Positions 9,549 to 17,816 of a stretch of 51,549 bases of DNA are shown one piece after another. Source of the stretch: Flavobacteriales bacterium (GTDB taxonomy: Bacteria > Bacteroidota > Bacteroidia > UBA4408). The position numbers and the translations under genes were made by a program. The DNA lies in NCBI GenBank assembly GCA_040383885.1, contig JBEICQ010000002.1, forward strand, positions 1 through 51,549, given 5' to 3'. Within the stretch, counting starts at the first letter, position 1; every line of letters begins with the position of its first letter. The notes beneath the pieces are model-generated. The model saw nothing but the letters and a program-made list of their open reading frames with translations. It was not told where the DNA came from and did no database searches.

Positions 9549-10286
9549 TCACCACTTCTTTTTAAAATCTCCCCTGGAAAAATATTTTTCAATGAAACAA
9601 TAGCACAAGATGAAAAAGTAACGGCTTCCCATTTCTCTTATTTTTAGTTTGGAAACACCGTGCTTCCTGTTGGTCCAGGAGTTTGGTAATACCGTGTAAG
9701 AATATCCCCTGATAATTGCTTTTAGAGGCAGTTCTACCGTGAGGTTAAAGTGGGGGGACAAAAAGGGTTTGATGCCTTCAATGGTATGTCGTTTATACAG
9801 TTTAAATGCATTTGTGGTATCGTTGTATTTGATGTTCATCATCAAACGGATAATCTGATTGGCAATTCGGTTGATGATTTTTTTTACCCTGGGATAATCT
9901 ATCGTTCTTCCCCCTTTGATAAATCTGCTTCCAAAAACACAATCATAATTGCCTTCCAGCATGGTTTGATAAAATTTGATCAAATCTTCTGGAGAATCCG
10001 ATAAATCTGCCATCACCACCGCTACACAATCTCCTGTGAACCGCTCCAGTCCGTAACGAACAGCATATCCGAATCCGTTGGGACCAAGGTTTGTTTCAAA
10101 CTTCAGGGATGGATAGCGTTCAGAAAGTTTCTTTAAAACGGAAAGCGTATTGTCCTTTGAGTTGTCGTTGACCACGAATATCTCATGTGCAATTTTTTTC
10201 TCCTCAAGGGCAGCAATCAGTTCTGAAACTGTTTTTTCTATTGATTCCTCTTCATTGTAGGCAGGAATAACCACGCTCAGCTTCAT
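9549..10286 (-). CDS. GT2 glycosyltransferase, polyprenyl-phosphate sugar synthase-like (DPM1/ArnC/GtrB type)
   Basis: The N-terminus reads [16 protein letters not shown], followed by [11 protein letters not shown] and the DXD-like MADLSD. The start overlaps the stop of the upstream SDR gene by 4 nt. Confidence 0.85.
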   Translation of the reverse strand: MKLSVVIPAYNEEESIEKTVSELIAALEEKKIAHEIFVVNDNSKDNTLSVLKKLSERYPSLKFETNLGPNGFGYAVRYGLERFTGDCVAVVMADLSDSPEDLIKFYQTMLEGNYDCVFGSRFIKGGRTIDYPRVKKIINRIANQIIRLMMNIKYNDTTNAFKLYKRHTIEGIKPFLSPHFNLTVELPLKAIIRGYSYTVLPNSWTNRKHGVSKLKIREMGSRYFFILCYCFIEKYFSRGDFKKKW

Positions 10287-11350
10287 GCTTTTCTGCTGAT
10301 AAGCCCCTCGTGAATTTGTTCGAGGATGTCATTGATGCCGTACTTATGTTCCCAGCCCGGGTAGTGTTCCTTGAATTTTCTTACATCGCTGATCCACCAA
10401 ATATGATCACCAATTCTGTTGTCCTGGGCATAAGTGTAATTCATTTTATTTCCGGTGATGGCCTCACACAGGGTGATGGCTTCTTTCATCGAACAATTGG
10501 AGAACCTTCCTCCACCTGCATTATACACTTCGCCAAAACGGGGTTGCTGATAAAAATGCCAGAACATGTTCACCAGGTCGTAGCTATGGATATTGTCGCG
10601 TACCTGTTTTCCTTTGTATCCAAAAATGGTGTATTGATCCCCGGTGATTGCGCATTTCATCAGGTATGCTAAAAATCCGTGCAGCTGGGTGCCCGAATGG
10701 TTTGGTCCAGTGAGACATCCTCCCCTGAAAATACCCGATTTCATACCAAAATACCGGCCATATTCCTGAACCAAAACATCTGCCGCTACTTTGGATGCCC
10801 CAAAAAGAGAGTGTTTGGTTTGGTCTATGCTCATTTTTTCATCAATTCCTTCTTTAAAATAGGGGTGAGACTCCTCTATTTCCCATCGGTTTTCAAGCTC
10901 AACAAGGGGTAAAAAATTAGGAGTGTCACCGTATACCTTGTTAGTGGAAGTGAAGATAAAAGTGGCTTCCGGACAATGTTTTCTTGTCATCTCAAGAAGA
11001 TTCAGCGTGCCGTTGGCATTCACGGAAAAATCGGTGATGGGCTCACTGGCAGCCCAATCGTGACTGGGTTGCGCTGCCGTGTGAATAATGAGCTTGATAT
11101 CTGAGCCATATGCTGAAAATACTTTCTCCAATGCCTTTTCATCTCTGATGTCGGCGCTATGGTGCTTGAAGTTGGGAATGCGTTCGCTTAGCTTTTTTGT
11201 ATTCCATTCGGTGGATGCATTGTCTCCGAAAAAATAGGCCCGCATGTTGTTATCAATCCCTATTATCATGTCAAACTTGTCGGAAAAAAACATCACCGCT
11301 TCGCTTCCTATCAAGCCTGATGAACCTGTAATTAGGCAAATGTTACTCAT
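10283..11350 (-). CDS. Extended SDR, NAD-dependent sugar epimerase/dehydratase (CDP-paratose/tyvelose 2-epimerase-like)
   Basis: The Rossmann motif is [10 protein letters not shown], the catalytic contexts are STNKVYG and FGASKVAAD (YxxxK-type), and [13 protein letters not shown] is shared with paratose-epimerase-like SDRs. Confidence 0.85.
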   Translation of the reverse strand: MSNICLITGSSGLIGSEAVMFFSDKFDMIIGIDNNMRAYFFGDNASTEWNTKKLSERIPNFKHHSADIRDEKALEKVFSAYGSDIKLIIHTAAQPSHDWAASEPITDFSVNANGTLNLLEMTRKHCPEATFIFTSTNKVYGDTPNFLPLVELENRWEIEESHPYFKEGIDEKMSIDQTKHSLFGASKVAADVLVQEYGRYFGMKSGIFRGGCLTGPNHSGTQLHGFLAYLMKCAITGDQYTIFGYKGKQVRDNIHSYDLVNMFWHFYQQPRFGEVYNAGGGRFSNCSMKEAITLCEAITGNKMNYTYAQDNRIGDHIWWISDVRKFKEHYPGWEHKYGINDILEQIHEGLISRKA

Positions 11351-11491
11351 GTGTTTGTTGTTTTTTTAAGCATTAAAAGAATCTCTGTCCATCTCCTTCA
11401 AAGCGGGAATAAGACAGCTGTATCTGTTTGTTGTGTTTGATTCTGTATGTTTATAATCTGTCGTGCTCATCCTGTTTTTCTCAGTGTTTCT

Positions 11492-12556
11492 TTACTCGTG
11501 CAGGATGGTTTTTAATTGTTTTTCGTTTTTTCCTATCCAGTCAAAGATGTCTGAAAACACATCTTCCACCGATTTCTCTGGCCGCCAGCCTGTACTTTCG
11601 CTTAGATTGGAATGATCTGTAATAAACATCCTGAGGTCAGCCGGTCGGTTTGCTTGCTCACGGGCGATGGTAATTTTATTTCCTGTAATTTTCTCACAGA
11701 TAGCCGTCATCTCCAAAAGAGATGCGCTGTTTTGGAGTCCCCCACCTGCATTGTATATCTTGTTTTGAAAACGGGCGATGTCATGTATCTGCAAATCAAC
11801 AAGAGAAACCAGGTCGTCAACATGTAAAATATCGCGCACTTGTTTTCCTGTTCCTCCGTAGCCAATGTATTTGAGCGGGCTTTTCCAATAATGTCTTGCC
11901 ATCCAGAGCGTAACCACGCCCTGATCGGTTTTTCCCATTTGTCTGGGTCCTGCAATGACACCAAACCTGGTGATGGCTGCCTCCAGTTTATAAAACTCAG
12001 CATATTCCTGGATGAGTAATTCTGATGCAAGCTTGGTGGTTCCATAGAAAGATCGGGGGCCTGACAGGCTGAGTTCTTCAGAAATTCCGCGCTCAGAAAT
12101 TCCGTGCTCTTTTTGGTCCGCAGAAAAAGAGAATCTTGTTTCTTCTTCTATAAATCCTGCTTTTTCTATTCTTTCTATGGGATATACCCTGCTTGTTGAA
12201 AGGAAGATAAGTCTGGCCTTGTGCTTTAAACAGGCATTGAAACAATGAATAGATCCGCTTAGGTTGTTGTTGATGATGTAGGTGGGATTACTGTCTAATC
12301 CTGCCATCACAGAAGGTTCTGCTGAGGCTTCGATGAGTACATCAAATCCGCCAACGGCATCAATGTCTTCCGGGCTTCTGATGTCCCCATGATAAAAATG
12401 GATACCCGCTGCTTTCAACTCAGAGAGATTCAATTCCGAGCCTCTTCGCTTGAGGTTGTCGAGTGCAATGATGTGATAGGAAGGGTACTTTTGCTTGAGC
12501 TGGAGGCAAAGCGCAGAGCCTACAAATCCGGCTCCGCCGGTAACGAGGATTTTCAT
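11492..12556 (-). CDS. Extended SDR, NAD-dependent sugar epimerase/dehydratase; a paralogue-like partner of the previous gene
   Basis: The start is taken at ATG 12556 (MKILVTGGAGFVGS). The 35-codon upstream extension in the ORF track has no SDR-like sequence. YGTTKLASE is the YxxxK motif and GKQVRDILHVDDL is present. Confidence 0.85.
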   Translation of the reverse strand: MKILVTGGAGFVGSALCLQLKQKYPSYHIIALDNLKRRGSELNLSELKAAGIHFYHGDIRSPEDIDAVGGFDVLIEASAEPSVMAGLDSNPTYIINNNLSGSIHCFNACLKHKARLIFLSTSRVYPIERIEKAGFIEEETRFSFSADQKEHGISERGISEELSLSGPRSFYGTTKLASELLIQEYAEFYKLEAAITRFGVIAGPRQMGKTDQGVVTLWMARHYWKSPLKYIGYGGTGKQVRDILHVDDLVSLVDLQIHDIARFQNKIYNAGGGLQNSASLLEMTAICEKITGNKITIAREQANRPADLRMFITDHSNLSESTGWRPEKSVEDVFSDIFDWIGKNEKQLKTILHE

Positions 12557-12789
12557 ATGGCGGAAGGAGGCGTATCGTTTGGCAGGATGATTTCCTTGTG
12601 CCTTTGGGCGATTTGTAATGCAGGGATGCTCATATTCAAACTTTTTGTTGAGATGCCCCAAAATGGATTGTATCGATTTTTCGGGGCTCCAAAAGTACGA
12701 AGAAGTGGTGGTTCGTCAAGCAGCGCCATGGGTTTAAAATGGATTTCAATAGACTAACCCGTTCTCCTTTGGGCAGGGTCTGCTCCCAT

Positions 12790-12840
12790 AAAGGGATGAA
12801 CTTGCCGGATGCTACTTCACCGGGTCAGGAAATCCATCCC
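12790..12840 (-). terminator. Hairpin immediately after the GT4 stop codon; a candidate intrinsic terminator
   Basis: On the minus strand, GGGATGGA (12840-12833) pairs with TTCATCCC (12800-12793), giving 8 bp including one G-U. An inner CCGG...CCGG stem is also possible, and TTTAT follows. Confidence 0.4.
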
Positions 12841-13962
12841 CTAATCATCCTGCAAGGCTTTGGAATAAATACCAAACAGCTTTTCAGAAAATACCTTGGG
12901 GGCATGATATTTATTGATACGATCGAGGGCCTTGCTGCCTTTCTGTTCGATGAGTGAACGGTTTTCGGCCATGCTTTTCAAAGCCTTGTAAACCCCTTCT
13001 TCCACTTGTTGTGAGATGCTATCATAACCGTGCGTAGAAACAGCTGCGGTACCATTTGAATCCTGAGGAATATCAATGACAAAACCGCATTCATTGTTGT
13101 TGATTTCAGGAAATGCCCTTATGTTGGTGGTAATTACCGGTGTAGCGCAAGACTGTGCTTCGAGCACTACATAGCCAAATGTTTCCTGGGTGGATGGAAT
13201 AAGGAGCACATGGTTTTTCTTCATGATCTCAAATACCTCGGTGTTGTCCTTGATTGGAAAATACCTGCAAAATGGGGATTCACTGAGTATTTTTTTCCAT
13301 TTTTCTTCATCCTCTTTAGCGGTAAAAGTAATGAGGGAGTCTGCCAGAATTTTGGAAACAACGGTAAATTCTATGCGGCATCCTTCGCGGTGGAGCCTCT
13401 CTACGGCCCTGAAAACTTCTCTCCCCCCTTTGCTGAAGAAATAATGTCCGACCAGCAATACTTTTAATGTTTCGTCACTGAGGTTTTTGTCAAAGGAATC
13501 TACCATGGCTTGCTGCGGAGGCAATACCACTTCCATTTTGTGATGGATTTCTTGGACAAAATCAGGATATGATTCTTGGAGAAAATCAAGATAAAAGCGA
13601 TAGTTGAAATCGGAAAAGGGAATGATTTTTTTACAAGCACGCCCGGCAATCTTCTCAAGGGCCTGCAGGGTGTGTTTTTTATCTGTTCCGTACCGCGGAA
13701 GAAAAGTTTCAAAACTGCTTACCCAGGGCTTATTACCCATGTTAACGCCATTAAAAAAATGATATACATCTGCTTTTCCAATAGAAAACCGATCATCAAA
13801 AGTATTGTGATACCAGAGCTTTGTCCGGTAATACATTTTAAAATGCAGGTGGTCCAGAATTTTAAAAATATCTGTTACCCTTGTGTGTGTAAACGCCGGA
13901 TGGCGGGTACTTAATATGTTCCTTACTTCGGGATATCCCTGGTGGACAAATCCAATCTTCAT
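12841..13962 (-). CDS. GT4-type (GT-B fold, Glycos_transf_1) glycosyltransferase
   Basis: The C-terminal half carries the GT-B donor-binding pattern (VLLIPSTQETFGYVVLEAQSCATPVITTN, the E-x7-E region). The N-terminal half is poorly conserved. Confidence 0.75.
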   Translation of the reverse strand: MKIGFVHQGYPEVRNILSTRHPAFTHTRVTDIFKILDHLHFKMYYRTKLWYHNTFDDRFSIGKADVYHFFNGVNMGNKPWVSSFETFLPRYGTDKKHTLQALEKIAGRACKKIIPFSDFNYRFYLDFLQESYPDFVQEIHHKMEVVLPPQQAMVDSFDKNLSDETLKVLLVGHYFFSKGGREVFRAVERLHREGCRIEFTVVSKILADSLITFTAKEDEEKWKKILSESPFCRYFPIKDNTEVFEIMKKNHVLLIPSTQETFGYVVLEAQSCATPVITTNIRAFPEINNNECGFVIDIPQDSNGTAAVSTHGYDSISQQVEEGVYKALKSMAENRSLIEQKGSKALDRINKYHAPKVFSEKLFGIYSKALQDD

Positions 13963-14173
13963 GATACTTCTACTTCGGCAAATGTAAGCTACTTTGCAAT
14001 GTAATGATTATTTTATTTACCGCCCTGATGGATGCTTGTAAAGACATTGCTCTTGGGGTTTTGCCCTTACCAGGCTCGTTATTTATAGAGCGGGTAGATT
14101 GGAGATTTTTCCATCCTGTTATTTCCTGCCGGCTATTTTTATTTTTTGCTTATCATTGACATGAATGAAGCAC

Positions 14174-14198
14174 TATGGACATGGTTTATGGACATGGT
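14174..14198. repeat. Tandem direct repeat, TATGGACATGGT x2 with a 1-nt spacer
   Basis: I read this directly: 14174-14185 and 14187-14198 are identical 12-mers. The repeat ends 20 nt upstream of the ACMSD ATG. Confidence 0.85.
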
Positions 14199-14217
14199 GT
14201 TTGCAACATAAAAGCTT

Positions 14218-15243
14218 ATGGGTAATTTTTTTACCATAGATATTCATACGCATATATTGCCCGAACACATTCCTGATTTTGGAAGGATGTTTGGCTATGG
14301 GGGGTTCATAAGGCTTGATCACCTGACCAGAAAGGAAGGTATGCCCTGTTGTGCCAATATGATGATAGATGACCGGTTTTTTCGGACCATTGAGGACAAT
14401 TGCTGGGATCCTGATGTACGCATCTCAGATTGTAAGCGACATCGGGTGGACCTACAGGTATTATCAACCGTTCCGGTGATGTTCAGTTATTGGGCCAAGC
14501 CTGAGGATTGCCTGCAAATATGCCGCTTCTTAAATGACCACCTTGCCGGAATTGTAAACAAGTACCCCGGGCGTTTTGAAGGTCTTGGAACCTTGCCGAT
14601 GCAGGCGCCATCGCTCGCGGTGAAGGAGCTTGAAAGGTGTAAATCCATTGGATTGAGGGGCATACAAATCGGCTCTAATATTGAGGGAAAAAATTTAAGT
14701 GATGAGTCATTGATGGACGTTTATGCCGCCTGCGAACAACTGGATCTATGTGTGTTTGTGCATCCCTGGAACATGATGGGGCAGGAGCGTATGCAAAAGT
14801 ATTGGCTTCCCTGGCTTGTGGGCATGCCTGCCGAAAGCAGCCTTGCGATCTGTTCCATGATTTTTGGAGGGGTTTTTGAAAAATTTCCACGATTGCGCGT
14901 TGCCTTTGCTCATGGCGGAGGCTCCTTTCCTTTTACATTGGGAAGGATTCAACATGGGTTTGATTGCAGACCCGACCTGGTGGCCATTGACAATCCCATT
15001 GCGCCAACAAAGTATGTAGGAAAATTCTGGCTAGATTCTCTTGTACATGATCCAAGGGCGCTCTCTTATCTGGTTGATCTTTTTGGCGAACATAAAATAT
15101 GCCTCGGAAGCGATTATCCCTTTCCATTGGGCGAGGATCGTCCGGGAGAATTAATCAGGCAATCCAAATTATCTGATGAGGCAAAAGAATGGATGTTAGG
15201 TAAATCTGCCCTGCAATGGCTGGGATTACATTTGCCTAACTGA
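14218..15243 (+). CDS. 2-amino-3-carboxymuconate-6-semialdehyde decarboxylase (ACMSD), amidohydrolase superfamily
   Basis: The metal site motif is IDIHTHILPE. Long stretches match ACMSD as I remember it: STVPVMFSYWAKPED, GLGTLPMQAP, KYWLPWLVGMPAE, AICSMIFGGVFEKFPRLRVAFAHGGGSFPFTLGRIQHGF and GSDYPFPLGE. Confidence 0.9.
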   Translation: MGNFFTIDIHTHILPEHIPDFGRMFGYGGFIRLDHLTRKEGMPCCANMMIDDRFFRTIEDNCWDPDVRISDCKRHRVDLQVLSTVPVMFSYWAKPEDCLQICRFLNDHLAGIVNKYPGRFEGLGTLPMQAPSLAVKELERCKSIGLRGIQIGSNIEGKNLSDESLMDVYAACEQLDLCVFVHPWNMMGQERMQKYWLPWLVGMPAESSLAICSMIFGGVFEKFPRLRVAFAHGGGSFPFTLGRIQHGFDCRPDLVAIDNPIAPTKYVGKFWLDSLVHDPRALSYLVDLFGEHKICLGSDYPFPLGEDRPGELIRQSKLSDEAKEWMLGKSALQWLGLHLPN

Positions 15244-15260
15244 TTGGTACGGGGCGAAAA

Positions 15261-16013
15261 TTATACCGTTTTTATCCGTGCCATTAACTCGTCCCTGTGA
15301 GAAGCCCCAATGGGAATTAGCGTATTCTGTTTTTCAATGATCAATTCATTTCCGTTGATGCTGGAAATTTTATCGATTCTGACAAGATAGGAACGATGAA
15401 CACGAATAAAAGAAGGGCCACTCAACTTGCTTTCGATGTCTTTCATGGTTGTGTGAATCACATAATCCTTGTTCTCTGTGCATACTTTAACATAATCTTT
15501 AAGGGCTTCCACGAACAATATTTCACTCGTCTTTACTTTGTCGAGACGGGCATGCGATTTCAAAAACAAAACGCCATTTTCATCTTTGTTTTCAATGAGA
15601 GAATAAAGCAGGTCTCTTTCTTTTTTAACAGCCAGATCACTGGAGTGCTTATGGATGGCCATTTCAATTGTTGTGTGTAAATCAATCTCTTTAAAGGGCT
15701 TGATAATATATCCGTAGGGCTCTGTTACTTTGGCCTTGGACAGCGTGCTTTTGTCTGCATAAGCAGTTAAAAAAACAACAGGGATATCCATACTTTTCTT
15801 TATGATTTCTGCTGTTTCTATGCCGGAGGCATCGCCTTTGAGCATGATATCCATAAGTATCAAGTCCGGTTTTTTCTCTCTGGCTGCCAAGAGGGCCTGT
15901 TCAGAGGTTGAACAGATGTCTACCACCTGATAGCCTTGCTTCTTTAGGCTTTGTTGAATGTCTTTGGCAACAATACCTTCGTCTTCAACAATCAGAATAT
16001 TATAAGTTGACAT
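15261..16013 (-). CDS. LytTR-family response regulator (REC + LytTR DNA-binding domain)
   Basis: The start is taken at MSTYNILIVEDEG. The phospho-acceptor context is DLILMDIMLKG. The C-terminal LytTR signature is FIRVHRSYLVRIDKI. Confidence 0.9.
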   Translation of the reverse strand: MSTYNILIVEDEGIVAKDIQQSLKKQGYQVVDICSTSEQALLAAREKKPDLILMDIMLKGDASGIETAEIIKKSMDIPVVFLTAYADKSTLSKAKVTEPYGYIIKPFKEIDLHTTIEMAIHKHSSDLAVKKERDLLYSLIENKDENGVLFLKSHARLDKVKTSEILFVEALKDYVKVCTENKDYVIHTTMKDIESKLSGPSFIRVHRSYLVRIDKISSINGNELIIEKQNTLIPIGASHRDELMARIKTV

Positions 16014-16017
16014 GTTT

Positions 16018-17793
16018 TTATTTTTTATGGTGGTGAAATCTGATCGTAAAAAGGGTTCCGGCATCTCCGTTGGAATGCATACTTATTTCTCCTTCAAGTT
16101 GACCGGTAAGCGCCATGATTAATTGCATTCCTAATGAGTTGGTGTCCTGGTAATTGATATCTCCGGGGAAACCCTTGCCATTATCACCCACTTTCAAAGT
16201 TATTAATTCTTTTTCCTTTCGAAAAGAAATCTGCAGTTTGGGATTCTCAACCGAGGCAAAAGCATGTTTAAATGCATTGGATACCATTTCGTTAATGATC
16301 AATCCGCATGGAATAGAATAATCCAGGTCGAGCATCAGGTCTTCCAGGTCAAATTCAATTTCGGTTTTGCCTTTCTGCAGAGTGGCGCTTTGTGAAAGAT
16401 TGTTTACAAGCATACGGATATACTCTCCGGTATTCAGTGCAGAAATATCGTTATGCTGGTATAGGTATTCGTGTATGAGTGCCATCGAGGAAATCCGGTT
16501 TTGTATTTCGCGGAGAATCTCAATTGCCTTCTCATCATCCATGTATTGTGTCTGAAGATTAAGGATTGAATAAATTACCTGTAGGTTGTTTTTCACCCTA
16601 TGATGCACTTCTTTGAGAAGAATTTCCTTTTCGAGAAGAGATTTACGGATATCTTCTTCTATGTTTTTCTTTTCGGTAATGTCGTGTATGATATAAGATA
16701 TTTCCTCAGTTTTACGACCAGGGATAATAATTGGATCTAGATAACCTTCTATCCATACATGCGCATTATTCCATAAATGAATTTTGTGTTCGAACCTTTT
16801 CTTTGCTCCCTGTAAGGCTTCATTGTGCAGGGATAAGAAATACCGCTTCTGGCTCTCGCCCATCATTTTGGTGAAAATATCAGCTCTGGTCTTGTTTGCA
16901 ATAGGATATTTTCCGGTAATCTTTTCAAATGCATTGGCAAAATTCTGATTAAACGCAGTTATCAATAGACGACTGTTGATAGTTACCATTGCCTGGGAGG
17001 AGCTATTAAAGATAGCTCTCAATTTGGCGGATTGTTCGGTAAGTTTTTCCTGTGCAATTTTCTTTTCTGTAAAATCATCAAAGAAAATAAGAAAATAGTC
17101 GGGGTTGTTTTTTGCATCAAGAACAACCTGAACCGATTCATTGCCATAGCGTATTTTTCCACTTGCTGTGATTAAGCGCAGCTCCCTGTTGCTTCTTGTT
17201 ATAGAGAGATTGAGCAGATTACGGTTTATCTGTATGGTGGCATCTCTGTCTTCAGGATGTGTAAATTCGAGGATGTTTTTTGATTCTAATTCAGAGATAT
17301 TAAACTCCAATATTTCTGACATTCGCCGGTTAGCCTGTGTTATCTTTCCGAAAACATCAACAGTCAGCATACCCAGGTAATCCTGATTAAAAACAGCTTT
17401 GTATCGTTGTTCATTAAGCAAAGATTTTTCTTCAATCAGCTTGTTTTCTGAAACATTTTTAAACAGACCAAGGATCTTGTTAGCATGGCTTGGGATTGAA
17501 TCTTGAATAAAAAAGCCTTCTGCTATTAAAATCCGTCCGTTGCTTTTTACAAATGGAATTTCTATTTGATCTGGCTTTTTCTCTGTTGATAAAGTAAGTT
17601 TTTTTTTCTCGTAAAGATGATAGTAATCAGGGTGTATAAAATCCCGTGCATAAAGGGTATTGATAATCTCTTGCTGGTATCCGAGTTCTTCAAGCCATGC
17701 CCTGTTGGCATATGTTAATTTCCCGTTATTGTTTGTCACAAAAACCAGGTCACTGGTTTTTTGCAAAACTGTCATTAAAAAATCTTCCATCAT
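16018..17793 (-). CDS. Cytoplasmic multi-PAS sensor histidine kinase with a HisKA_2-type dimerisation/phosphoacceptor domain
   Basis: The H-box is EVHHRVKNNLQVIYSIL (HisKA_2/HWE style), and the HATPase boxes are NEMVSNAFKHAF, DNGKGFP and SLGMQLI. Several PAS-like modules are present (FVTNNNGKLTYANRAW, DVFGKITQANRRMSEIL). No hydrophobic transmembrane segment is visible. Confidence 0.9.
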   Translation of the reverse strand: MMEDFLMTVLQKTSDLVFVTNNNGKLTYANRAWLEELGYQQEIINTLYARDFIHPDYYHLYEKKKLTLSTEKKPDQIEIPFVKSNGRILIAEGFFIQDSIPSHANKILGLFKNVSENKLIEEKSLLNEQRYKAVFNQDYLGMLTVDVFGKITQANRRMSEILEFNISELESKNILEFTHPEDRDATIQINRNLLNLSITRSNRELRLITASGKIRYGNESVQVVLDAKNNPDYFLIFFDDFTEKKIAQEKLTEQSAKLRAIFNSSSQAMVTINSRLLITAFNQNFANAFEKITGKYPIANKTRADIFTKMMGESQKRYFLSLHNEALQGAKKRFEHKIHLWNNAHVWIEGYLDPIIIPGRKTEEISYIIHDITEKKNIEEDIRKSLLEKEILLKEVHHRVKNNLQVIYSILNLQTQYMDDEKAIEILREIQNRISSMALIHEYLYQHNDISALNTGEYIRMLVNNLSQSATLQKGKTEIEFDLEDLMLDLDYSIPCGLIINEMVSNAFKHAFASVENPKLQISFRKEKELITLKVGDNGKGFPGDINYQDTNSLGMQLIMALTGQLEGEISMHSNGDAGTLFTIRFHHHKK

Positions 17794-17816
17794 GAATCTC
17801 CTGAAAGGCGGTAATA

